From Verrucomicrobiota bacterium (GTDB lineage Bacteria; Verrucomicrobiota; Verrucomicrobiia; Limisphaerales; UBA9464): a DNA stretch of 64,000 nucleotides. Position numbers and translations under genes: made by a program. Under the pieces are notes generated by a model, which had not been told where the DNA came from, ran no database searches, and saw only the letters and a program-made list of their open reading frames with translations. Each line of letters opens with the position of its first letter. The first letter of the stretch is position 1. Location: contig DAOMZG010000002.1 in NCBI GenBank assembly GCA_035437945.1, forward strand, positions 1,020 through 65,019. Reading direction: 5' to 3'. Positions 48,676 to 57,102 of this stretch are shown piece by piece.

Positions 48676-49641
48676 ATGTTTGACACCCTATTTCAAAGTG
48701 ATATCACTATGGCATCAACTACGCGAAACTCCCAAGAAATCATGAACACTTCCGCTCAAATCCCTAATCAGGAGCGCCCTGCCTCCACCGTGCCGGGCGC
48801 CCTGGTGTTGCCGGTTGTCTTAGCGCTGTGGGTTACCGCCGGCTGGATCGTCGTTTCCGCCATCCGAAACGACGTCGCCGCACGGATTCCCTACGCCATC
48901 GGGTTAATATTCGTGGGCGGCGTGTGTGCTCGCGGCTTCTTCACCTTGCAACCGAATGAAGCCCGCGTGCTGATTCTCTTCGGCGCTTATCGCGGCACGG
49001 CGCGCCAGAGTGGGTTTCATTGGGCCAATCCTTTTCTGACTCGTTTGCGAATGTCCCTCCGTGCCCGCAACCTGACCGGCGAGAAGCTCAAGGTGAACGA
49101 CAAGCGCGGCAACCCGATTGAAATTGCCGCCGTGGTGGTCTGGCGCGTGCAGGACACTGCTCAGGCCAGCTTCGACGTGGACAACTACGAGAATTACGTT
49201 CGCGTCCAGAGTGAATCGGCCGTGCGACATTTGGCCAATACCTATCCCTACGATCACGGCGAAGAATCCGAGGGCACGGAAATTACGTTGCGCAGCGGCG
49301 TGGAAGAAGTCTCCGCGGCCTTGCAACAAGAGCTCGGCGCGCGGTTAACCAAAGCGGGGGTCCTGATCGAAGAGGCTCGGCTCACCCATCTTGCCTACGC
49401 TCCAGAAATCGCTAGCGCCATGCTTCGGCGCCAGCAAGCCGAGGCGGTGATCGCCGCACGCCAAAAGATCGTCCAAGGCGCGGTGAGCATGGTGGAGATG
49501 GCGCTGACGCAGTTGGCGGAAAAGAACGTGGTCACGCTCGATGACGAACGACGCGCGGCCATGGTGAGCAATCTAATGGTGGTGTTGTGCGGGGAGAGTG
49601 ACGTTCATCCGGTAATCAACGCCGGAACGCTCTACACCTAA
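48676..49641 (+). CDS. SPFH/Band-7 domain protein with N-terminal TM segments
   Basis: Two hydrophobic spans, then the SPFH core ([23 protein letters not shown]) and a coiled-coil tail. The start could be ATG 48709. Confidence 0.8.
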   Translation: MFDTLFQSDITMASTTRNSQEIMNTSAQIPNQERPASTVPGALVLPVVLALWVTAGWIVVSAIRNDVAARIPYAIGLIFVGGVCARGFFTLQPNEARVLILFGAYRGTARQSGFHWANPFLTRLRMSLRARNLTGEKLKVNDKRGNPIEIAAVVVWRVQDTAQASFDVDNYENYVRVQSESAVRHLANTYPYDHGEESEGTEITLRSGVEEVSAALQQELGARLTKAGVLIEEARLTHLAYAPEIASAMLRRQQAEAVIAARQKIVQGAVSMVEMALTQLAEKNVVTLDDERRAAMVSNLMVVLCGESDVHPVINAGTLYT

Positions 49642-49660
49642 GCGAACACGGCCACACCGT

Positions 49661-50224
49661 TTGCGACGTCTTCTGATGAATCTTCGCACTACATTTTCCG
49701 CGCCGTGGGGTCGGGCAGTCCGCTGGGCAACTGCGTTGACGATTGGACTCTTCCCGGCGGTGATAATAATCCTGGGGTCCGTAGCTCTAGAGACCGCTCG
49801 CATTTCCCCGGGTATATTCTGGGCGACGGCGAGTTTCTTGCTGCTTCTGTTGATCGGGGCGGCTCTGTTTGCGGTGCGCGGATTTCGGATTAAGGCGGGG
49901 CGGTTGGAGATTCTTCGGCCGGGCTGGACGTTGCCGATTTCGCTCGATGATTTGCGAACTCTCGAAGCCGATCCGGAGGCGATGAAGGGCGTGTTAGCCA
50001 CGGCGGGCAACTCCGGGTTCATGGGATGCATCGGGTGGTTTTGGAGTCGGCGCTTCGGAGCGTTTCGCGCCTGGGTCACTGACTCTTCGCGCTGCGTTCG
50101 GCTCACATTCCCCACTCGAGTCATCGTTGTGTCGCCGGATGATCCCGTAGCATTCGTGGCGGCGGTGAAACATCAAAAAGGTTGGAATCGCTCCAACGCG
50201 ACCCTTCACCTTCATGCCGGCTGA
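49661..50224 (+). CDS. Membrane protein with bacterial PH (bPH/YdbS-like) domain
   Basis: Two TM helices, followed by [24 protein letters not shown], as in bPH_2-type proteins. Confidence 0.5.
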   Translation: MRRLLMNLRTTFSAPWGRAVRWATALTIGLFPAVIIILGSVALETARISPGIFWATASFLLLLLIGAALFAVRGFRIKAGRLEILRPGWTLPISLDDLRTLEADPEAMKGVLATAGNSGFMGCIGWFWSRRFGAFRAWVTDSSRCVRLTFPTRVIVVSPDDPVAFVAAVKHQKGWNRSNATLHLHAG

Positions 50225-50399
50225 CGATCGGAAAACCTTCCTCCTTCGAATCGACCCGGAACTGTGGCGTGAGGTCGAGTCATGGGCCCAAGACGAACTT
50301 CGCAGCGTTAACGGCCAAATTGAGTATCTGCTCAGAGAAGCTGTGCGCCGACGAAAGGGAGATTCCCCGCGGGCTGCCAGCCGACCGCGTCGACCGTGA
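50214..50399 (+). CDS. Arc-family ribbon-helix-helix DNA-binding protein
   Basis: [38 protein letters not shown] is the Arc/MetJ RHH pattern. Overlaps the upstream gene by 11 nt. Confidence 0.65.
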   Translation: MPADDRKTFLLRIDPELWREVESWAQDELRSVNGQIEYLLREAVRRRKGDSPRAASRPRRP

Positions 50400-50439
50400 T
50401 CCTCCGGGCGTCCGAGTCTCGGCGAGATCTCACCCCAGC

Positions 50440-50605
50440 TTGACGTTTACAGGCCGGAGCCGGACGGTGGCAGTGTCGGATTATGCAATGTCGATTCTGT
50501 AAGAAGGCGACCGCGACGGTACATGTCACCTGGATCGTCGAAAACGAGACCACGAAGGCAGACTTCTGCGAGGCCTGCGCGAAGGAGAAGGGCGTGAATG
50601 ATCCG
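50440..50605 (+). repeat. Direct repeat copy 1 (upstream 43 nt plus first 41 codons of an mcsA-like gene)
   Basis: Offset of 298 nt to copy 2. Hand alignment gives 107/123 identical nt in the coding part. TTGACG sits at -43 in both copies. Confidence 0.85.
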
Positions 50606-50659
50606 GCCACCTTCCCCTTGCCCAAAGACGTGGGACGACCGAAGGGTGACGACGCCTGA
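50483..50659 (+). CDS. 58-aa zinc-ribbon protein, truncated paralogue of the McsA N-terminus (not in the ORF track, under 60 aa)
   Basis: ATG 50483 to TGA 50657-50659. MQCRFCKKATATVHVTWIVENETTKADFCEACAKEKGVNDP matches McsA residues 1-41 at 35/41 positions. All four Cys are kept. Eight codons differ only synonymously. Confidence 0.45.
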   Translation: MQCRFCKKATATVHVTWIVENETTKADFCEACAKEKGVNDPATFPLPKDVGRPKGDDA

Positions 50660-50737
50660 CCAATTCACCGGACATGGCTGACCTGCTGAAGCACGGTCGC
50701 ACGTGTCCGAATGGACGGTACGGACTGTTAGCCCGGC

Positions 50738-50903
50738 TTGACGACGGGGCGTGTGATGTGGACGTTGCCACTGTCGAATCATGCAATGCCAATTCTGTAA
50801 GAAAGCGCCCGCAACCGTCCATGTGACCCAGATCGTCGAGAACGAGATCAAGAAGGTGGACTTCTGCGAAGCCTGCGCGAAGGAGAAGGGCGTGAATGAT
50901 CCG
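50738..50903 (+). repeat. Direct repeat copy 2 (upstream region plus 5' end of mcsA)
   Basis: See copy 1. Confidence 0.85.
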
Positions 50904-51290
50904 ACGGTATTTTCTATCGCGGATATGCTGTTGGGCCTCGGCGCTTCGAAAAAGATGGAAGAAGCTACCGCGGCGAAAGGAACCGAGGTCGTTTGTCCTA
51001 GCTGTGGATTTTCTCAGGCCGATTTCAAAAAGTCTGGCCGGCTTGGTTGCGCGAAATGCTACACGGTATTTGCCGACGGTCTCGAGTCCTTGCTGAAAGG
51101 GATGCACAAGGGCTCGCAACATAAGGGCAAAGTGCCCCCGGCCCTGCGCCGCCTCGTAGCCGCCCATGCCCGCTTGGGTCAGCTCGAGGCCGACTTGAAG
51201 TCGGCCATCGACAAGGAGGATTTTGAGCAAGCCGCGACCCTGCGCGACGAAATCAAGCAGGCTAAACAGGCCGAAGCTGAGGTAGGATAA
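50781..51290 (+). CDS. mcsA: McsA-like protein-arginine-kinase activator (two zinc ribbons plus UVR domain)
   Basis: CQFC...CEAC and CPSC...CAKC zinc ribbons; C-terminal IDKEDFEQAATLRDEIKQ UVR motif. Lies directly upstream of mcsB. Confidence 0.8.
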   Translation: MQCQFCKKAPATVHVTQIVENEIKKVDFCEACAKEKGVNDPTVFSIADMLLGLGASKKMEEATAAKGTEVVCPSCGFSQADFKKSGRLGCAKCYTVFADGLESLLKGMHKGSQHKGKVPPALRRLVAAHARLGQLEADLKSAIDKEDFEQAATLRDEIKQAKQAEAEVG

Positions 51291-51346
51291 ACCCCATTTG
51301 TTCAACCCAAACGCAAGACACTTCGTACCCAGCCTTCGCGGTTCCC

Positions 51347-52444
51347 ATGAAAGTTACCGACTTCCTTACCCCACCCGCCGCCGTGAGTCAGCGGACCGGT
51401 CCGCACGACAAGATCGTGCTCTCCTCCCGCGTCCGGTTAGCCCGCAACTTGAGCGACGTCGCTTTCCCCGGCCACGCGAAGAAGTCGGATCGCGTGAAAT
51501 CCTACGACCTCTTGATTCCGCTGGTCGCCGGCTTACCGCAGATGGCACCGGAGCCCTTCGCTCAAGGGCTCGACAAGCTATCCTCCCTCGACAAGCAACT
51601 CTTGGTGGAACGCCACCTGATCAGTCGCGAACACGCGGCCAAAACCGCCGGCAGCGGTCTCGTGCTCAACCACGAGGAAAGCTTCTGCGTCATGGTGAAC
51701 GAAGAGGATCACCTCCGCATGCAAGCGTTGCGGCCCGGTTTGCAGTTGAAGCAGGCGTGGCTGGCGCTCGATGCGCTCGACTCTGCGTTGCAAGAACACG
51801 TCGAATTCGCCTTTTCGGAACGGTACGGATATCTGACGGCCTGCCCGACAAATTTAGGAACCGGCATCCGAGTCAGCGCGATGCTTCATTTGCCCGGTCT
51901 CGTTCTCGCCGAGCAAATCAATCAGATCATTCAAGCCGTTAACAAACTCGGACTGGCGGTCCGCGGATTGTACGGCGAAGGCACAGAAGCGTTAGGCAAC
52001 ATTTTTCAGGTTTCCAACCAACAGACGCTGGGTGAATCCGAAGGTGAGATTGTCGAGCGGCTCAACAAGGTCGTGTTGCAAATCCTCGAGCACGAGGAGA
52101 ACGCGCGGATTTCCCAGCTCGAGAAGAAGCCCCGAGTGCTGTTCAACCACGTTGGCCGCGCTTACGGGATTTTAAGCAACGCCCACAGCATTTCGTCGAA
52201 AGAGACCATGAACCTGCTGAGCTTGCTCCGGTTGGGCGTGGATCTGGGATTGTTCGAAGGGGTCACCCAATCGTTGGTCGATGAGCTGTTCCTGGTCAGT
52301 CAGCCGGCTCACTTGCAGGTGGTGCAGCCCGAGAAATTGGATGCCGAACAACGCGACGCGGTGCGGGCGGAGTTGTTGCGCGCGCGCTTGAAGCAGGTAC
52401 CCGCCCCGGATCACACCAAGGTGGGCGCGCCAAAGCCAGCGTAG
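51347..52444 (+). CDS. mcsB: Protein arginine kinase McsB (ATP:guanido phosphotransferase)
   Basis: EEDHLRMQ and CPTNLGTGIRVSAMLHLPGL phosphagen-kinase signatures. Confidence 0.9.
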   Translation: MKVTDFLTPPAAVSQRTGPHDKIVLSSRVRLARNLSDVAFPGHAKKSDRVKSYDLLIPLVAGLPQMAPEPFAQGLDKLSSLDKQLLVERHLISREHAAKTAGSGLVLNHEESFCVMVNEEDHLRMQALRPGLQLKQAWLALDALDSALQEHVEFAFSERYGYLTACPTNLGTGIRVSAMLHLPGLVLAEQINQIIQAVNKLGLAVRGLYGEGTEALGNIFQVSNQQTLGESEGEIVERLNKVVLQILEHEENARISQLEKKPRVLFNHVGRAYGILSNAHSISSKETMNLLSLLRLGVDLGLFEGVTQSLVDELFLVSQPAHLQVVQPEKLDAEQRDAVRAELLRARLKQVPAPDHTKVGAPKPA

Positions 52445-52498
52445 CCACATGCCGATCAGGACCAGGGCTGCCCGGGTCAGATTCCCTCCCGAGCTGCC

Positions 52499-53845
52499 TC
52501 AACCTGCGAGTTGGGTGGTGGGAGACTCCGCCGCAGCACCTGAAGCTTCCAGGACCTTGCGAGTCGCGGTCACCATATGGCGCGCCATCACCACGTCGGA
52601 GTAGCGAGCGAATACGCTCTCGCGTCCGCGGTCACCCAGTTCCCGGAGGCGAGCGGGTTCCAACAAGAGCGGTTCGAGCGCAGCCGCCAACGCTTCCGCC
52701 GTATTCGGGCCCGAAATCACGCCGCCGCCCGTGTCGGCCAGCAATTCTGGATACGTCACCGCGTTCGGCTGCACCAAAGGCGTTCCTGCCGCCAGTGATT
52801 CGATGACATAGAGGCCAAATGCCTCGCTCATCTTCGCCGGCACGGACAGCACATCGCACGAGGCATAAAACTCTACCTTTTCCTCGCGCGAAACGTTGGG
52901 ATGAAAGGAAACATCACCCATCACGCCTGCGGACGAAAGGGCCTGGCGTTGCTCCTCGACGAAGGCTTCGTCCCCGGGACCGCATCCGCCACCGATCTTC
53001 AATTTCAAATGGGGAACCCGGCCGCGTCGGCGCAACTCAATGAAGGCGGCCACGACCGTATCCAGGCCCTTCTCCGAACACATCCGGGCAAAAAAGCCGA
53101 GCGTCAGTGGGTCGCCCGCCCGTTTAGCCCCACGCGCGGGAAGTAGCGAATAGCCGTCGAGGCTGATCCCATTCGGTACCACCTGAACTTTGTTCGACGG
53201 TAAGGCTAAGCGTTCTCCCATCCGTTGCGCGAAGTACTTCGAGGGCGAAATCCACCCGTCCACGTCGGCCGCGCGTTGGGCGAGCGTGGACCAAGCCCTG
53301 GATTTCCACGGCTCGGGCATCGCGTCGAGGAACGATTCTTCGCTTTGGAGGAACGTAATCACTCGGGTACCGAGCGTTTCGCGGAGTCGGCGAGCAAATC
53401 CAACCAGGAGGGCGTTCGAAAGGAACACGGCGTCGGGCTTGGGCAAATGCTTCAGCCACGAAACGAGTTCGTCGAGATCCCGGGCTTGATTGCCGTGCTC
53501 ACCTTCCAGCATCGAAATTGTCAGTTCGCCAACATCGCCCGCCCGAGTCTTGGCCGCTTTGCCGGCGACAAATTTCAACACCGAGGGCGCGTCGAACACC
53601 TTTCGCAGCCATTGGGGAGCATGGCGATACCAGGATGATTTCTGATCGAAGAAGACATTGAGACCTCCGTAGAACGTCGGTGTTTGGCCGCGCGTCGAGG
53701 CTTCATCCAGCGTTAGCGGCAAGTACAGCGGTACCATCACGGTGTCGTGTCCTTGGAGCCGTAGTGCCGCAACGAGTGCGTTATCCCGGAAACAGTTTCC
53801 GCAGTACATGCCACCGGCACCCGGAGTGATCTGTACGAGATTCAC
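52499..53845 (-). CDS. Glycosyltransferase family 4 (GT-B, glycosyl transferases group 1)
   Basis: The N-terminal GGMYCGNCFRDNALV segment and the C-terminal EAFGLYVIESLAAGTPLV EX7E block. Confidence 0.85.
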   Translation of the reverse strand: MNLVQITPGAGGMYCGNCFRDNALVAALRLQGHDTVMVPLYLPLTLDEASTRGQTPTFYGGLNVFFDQKSSWYRHAPQWLRKVFDAPSVLKFVAGKAAKTRAGDVGELTISMLEGEHGNQARDLDELVSWLKHLPKPDAVFLSNALLVGFARRLRETLGTRVITFLQSEESFLDAMPEPWKSRAWSTLAQRAADVDGWISPSKYFAQRMGERLALPSNKVQVVPNGISLDGYSLLPARGAKRAGDPLTLGFFARMCSEKGLDTVVAAFIELRRRGRVPHLKLKIGGGCGPGDEAFVEEQRQALSSAGVMGDVSFHPNVSREEKVEFYASCDVLSVPAKMSEAFGLYVIESLAAGTPLVQPNAVTYPELLADTGGGVISGPNTAEALAAALEPLLLEPARLRELGDRGRESVFARYSDVVMARHMVTATRKVLEASGAAAESPTTQLAG

Positions 53846-53958
53846 GTTCGTCGAATAGTTTTAGACCGGCATCTTCCGGCAGAATCGCCTGGTGAGCAAG
53901 TGAGCGTCAACAATCGCGGCCGCTTTGAGACGTATGCACGCGGAAGAAAATGGGGGAT

Positions 53959-54093
53959 AACCACGAATGGGATCGATGATTTCCTGCGTCGGACCCGACT
54001 GGTGGACTCACCTTTTGGTGGCCAGAACCCATACTTACCAAAGCATTCTTTCGACCTCTGCCTCTTGGTGTGCTTTCGTGTCCATTCGTGGTT
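53959..54093. repeat. Perfect 12-nt inverted repeat AACCACGAATGG ... CCATTCGTGGTT between two co-directional genes
   Basis: Arms are at 53959-53970 and 54082-54093. Same core as the element at 11240-11311. Confidence 0.65.
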
Positions 54094-54107
54094 GAACAGT
54101 GAGTCGT

Positions 54108-54653
54108 TCACGCTGGGAGAATTTCGATGATTTCAGCTAACGGCCGGCCTTTTTCATCGCGAAGCGTGTTTTGCCGGCCGTAAGTCCACACTCGCTCCGA
54201 CCAGCGGAAAACGGCGGCGATGAAGGCATCGGGAGCGAATCGCAAATACGCACTGGGCCGACTCGAATAGCGGAGGCCGCTCGCGTTGAGAATACCGCCC
54301 AAAGGCAAATGTGCCTCTAGGATCTGCGACCGCCATGGTTCAGCGAACCGTTCCAGGTAGATCTTGATGGCGCCGAACTCGACCGGTTGATCTCCTCGAT
54401 CCAGCTCCAGCACGGACTCCCGACAGTACGTCGTGGCGTCGCTGTATTTCGACAGCACCCGAAGATGTATCGAACATCCATGGAATTGCTCCAGCGTTCG
54501 CGTCATGTCCCGCTCGTGCACCAGCAGTGACCGAGCCGGTTCCGGAATTTCGGCAGGCTGAACTTCGACGAACTCCGGCAGCGGACGCCCGTCGCGCAGA
54601 CAAAACTCGTCCAGTGGGTGAATACGGGAACGCATGGAGTCGGTCGGCATCAT
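54108..54653 (-). CDS. Hypothetical protein, possibly chorismate-lyase/UTRA-fold (DUF98-like)
   Basis: ERDMTRTLEQF...IHLRVL...RESVLEL...PLGGIL loosely follows the DUF98/UbiC-like pattern. Overlaps the upstream gene by 4 nt. Confidence 0.35.
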   Translation of the reverse strand: MMPTDSMRSRIHPLDEFCLRDGRPLPEFVEVQPAEIPEPARSLLVHERDMTRTLEQFHGCSIHLRVLSKYSDATTYCRESVLELDRGDQPVEFGAIKIYLERFAEPWRSQILEAHLPLGGILNASGLRYSSRPSAYLRFAPDAFIAAVFRWSERVWTYGRQNTLRDEKGRPLAEIIEILPA

Positions 54654-55711
54654 GAGCTCAGGCGGCGGCGAATGGTTAGAGCTTCGCGCGGATTTTTGAT
54701 GAGCAGTTGATCTAACTCTGCCTCGGTGAATCCGCGCTGACGCAAATCAGGAAGCAACTGAGTGAACACCGATTGGTACGGCGCCGTGTTCCCGTTGCCG
54801 AATAAGGCTAACCGATTTCCGGAAGGCGCGTCGCCGTCCACGGCCCAGCCGTCATCATGCGAGAGCAACACTCGATTCAACGTGCCCGCCTCGCGATGGG
54901 CAGTCATGAAGTTCGGATAGCGCAGCACATTGGGAGGAGACAGCGAGTAGCCATCGAGGCTGATCCATGTTCCTCGCCGGGCCGCCTCTAATTGAAGCGG
55001 CCCGGGATCATTTTGAGCGTGAACCCAAATCAGAGCGTCGGGCCGAACGCCGGCTGCACCAAGGATCCGAATTTCATCCAGGGCCGCCGCACCGTCGCCC
55101 GTGTGAATTGCAATCGTCAGCCCCGTTTCCCGATGAACCTGCGCGGCCGCCCGGACGAGCTTGGCATCCACCGGTGGCAACCGACCACCACCCGTACCGA
55201 GCTTCAGGAAACCAGGACGAATACCCGTGCCTTCGATGCCGTGGTGCCACTCGGCGAGCCAGCGGGCTGCAATTTGCTCAGCCGATTCTGTGTGCGCCTC
55301 GGGCGGGAGGAATTTGTGATCCACTGCGGCATACCAGCCTGTGTTGGTGATGATCTGGATCTCCGCCGCGAGGGACAGGCGCTTCAATAACTCGGGATTT
55401 CGACCGATATAACTGGGGGTGCACTCCACCAACGAATTCACCCCCCGGCTCCGAAGCGTTTCAAAATGAGGGAGCGCCGTCTGGAACGCTGCGTCGGAGT
55501 TGTACCTGGGGGGCGAACTCTTCCCGGCACCCACGAAGTCAACCACCACATGCTCGTGGATCAGAGTGCGTCTTAATTCGGCGGACGGGATTGAGCCGGT
55601 GACCGTCATGCAATGGCCGTCCGACGAGGCTCCTCCGGTCACGCAACCCGCGCCAAGCGTGGCTGTCGCAACCGCCGTCGTGTGGAGAAACACTCTGCGC
55701 GTCAGGCCCAC
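54650..55711 (-). CDS. Phosphotriesterase-family (PTE/PHP) amidohydrolase, probable Tat/lipoprotein leader
   Basis: TLIHEHVVVDF (HxH), IAIHTG and SHDDGW metal-ligand blocks. An in-frame GTG at 55711 gives (V)GLTRRVFLHTTAVATATLGAGC. The ORF track extends to 55927, so the start is uncertain. Confidence 0.7.
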   Translation of the reverse strand: MGLTRRVFLHTTAVATATLGAGCVTGGASSDGHCMTVTGSIPSAELRRTLIHEHVVVDFVGAGKSSPPRYNSDAAFQTALPHFETLRSRGVNSLVECTPSYIGRNPELLKRLSLAAEIQIITNTGWYAAVDHKFLPPEAHTESAEQIAARWLAEWHHGIEGTGIRPGFLKLGTGGGRLPPVDAKLVRAAAQVHRETGLTIAIHTGDGAAALDEIRILGAAGVRPDALIWVHAQNDPGPLQLEAARRGTWISLDGYSLSPPNVLRYPNFMTAHREAGTLNRVLLSHDDGWAVDGDAPSGNRLALFGNGNTAPYQSVFTQLLPDLRQRGFTEAELDQLLIKNPREALTIRRRLSS

Positions 55712-56181
55712 TGTTCCCCCTGCAGCGCCATTTGAACGCTGGGCAACAGACCATCCGCCCAACGGGATGCACAATTCATACGCGTGCGTACAAAAACTGA
55801 CAGACCGACCCAGCGCAAGCGCGGGTTTGCTTCGATGGTCGGCGTTCACCGCAGCCCGGTGGGGCGACGCGTTGCGGAGCCGTTCGCGTGTAAAGTCACC
55901 CACCCACCAATTCGCGGAGGCACGCACGGCTCGACGGAAGCCTCGCCCGACCGATGTGTGGCTGCGTCACCATGCCAAGCTCCCATTTTCCGGAATGGAC
56001 CTGCCTCGGGGGTCATGAGGCCGGAGGATCGGGAGCGACAAACGTTCCCCGCTAATTCAAAGCGGCCGCAAACTAATCGAGACGGAGCACAATTTGTGGG
56101 TCGCTTCGAATCTATGGGGGCTCAGTTCATAGGTCGCTTCACGATCAGCTCAGTCGAAAAATCAACTTTAGAGTTCCCTTC

Positions 56182-57090
56182 ATGCTCGAGATTTGGTGCT
56201 TCAAGCGCGTGCGCGTCCTCCACATTCATGCCCATTTCGATGATTTCGAGTTTGTCGCGGCCGGCACCTATGAATTGTGGCGCCGTCGGCTCGGAACCGA
56301 TTTTCAGGGCAAGATCCTCGTCTGCACCGACGGCCGGTCGGGCCATCACTTTCGTTCCCGCGAAGAAACGGCGCGGGTGCGGCTCGCCGAACAAGCGGCC
56401 AGCGCCGCCCTGGGTGGTTACGCCTTCGAGCTGTTGCGCAAGCCCGATGGAACTCCGTTTGAAGAAGCTTGCCGGACTCTGACTTCTGACCTCCTCGCCG
56501 CCCTGTGGCAGGCCATTCGCGCCTTCGAACCTGACTATTTGCTCTGCCCTCCACTCCCCGTCGATCCGTTGGCGGGCATCCACCCCGATCATGTCACCGT
56601 GGCCGAGGCGATCCGTCGCGTCGCCTACATGATCAATGTGCCGCACGCATTCCTGACGGAATATCCGGGAGCCGACGAATCGCAGTCGCGCTGGGTGAAG
56701 ACGCCCGTAATCCTGAACACTTACGATGCGTACATGATGGGCGCCAACTCGTTTGATCTCGCGGTGGATGTGGAAGAGTGCTTCGACATGGTGGCAGCGG
56801 AGTCCTGGTGCCATCAAAGTCAGATCAACGAATGGTTGCCCTGGGTGGCACGCCACCAAATAGAACCGACCGCGAATATTGCCGCTTGGAAGGAGAAGCT
56901 CCGGGCACGCTGGGAACGTCAGGCCCGAGAATTGGGTCTGCCACCGGGGCGGGCCTATGAAGTCTTCACCGTGACTGCGTGGGGCGAGGTGCCGACGGTG
57001 GCGCAATTGGTTCGGGACTTTCCACCGCTGGTCGCTGACGCGGGACGGGAGGAACGCCTCGCGGCGCGTTTGGGCCGCGCGGCCGGATAA
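56182..57090 (+). CDS. PIG-L/LmbE-family deacetylase
   Basis: LHIHAHFDDFEF (AHPDD-like), TDGRSGH and IHPDHV motifs. Confidence 0.75.
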   Translation: MLEIWCFKRVRVLHIHAHFDDFEFVAAGTYELWRRRLGTDFQGKILVCTDGRSGHHFRSREETARVRLAEQAASAALGGYAFELLRKPDGTPFEEACRTLTSDLLAALWQAIRAFEPDYLLCPPLPVDPLAGIHPDHVTVAEAIRRVAYMINVPHAFLTEYPGADESQSRWVKTPVILNTYDAYMMGANSFDLAVDVEECFDMVAAESWCHQSQINEWLPWVARHQIEPTANIAAWKEKLRARWERQARELGLPPGRAYEVFTVTAWGEVPTVAQLVRDFPPLVADAGREERLAARLGRAAG

Positions 57091-57102
57091 ACCTTCGGAC
57101 AC

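Noticed and set aside
50674-50817. A 47-codon ORF (MADLLKHGRTCPNGRYG...) between the two mcsA copies, possibly a frameshifted remnant of the rest of the duplicated mcsA.
   Set aside because: Similarity to McsA residues 45-100 is marginal (ADLL versus ADMLL; one CP..G). The ORF runs through the conserved leader and start of the real mcsA. I could not support it as a gene. It is at most decayed duplicate sequence.
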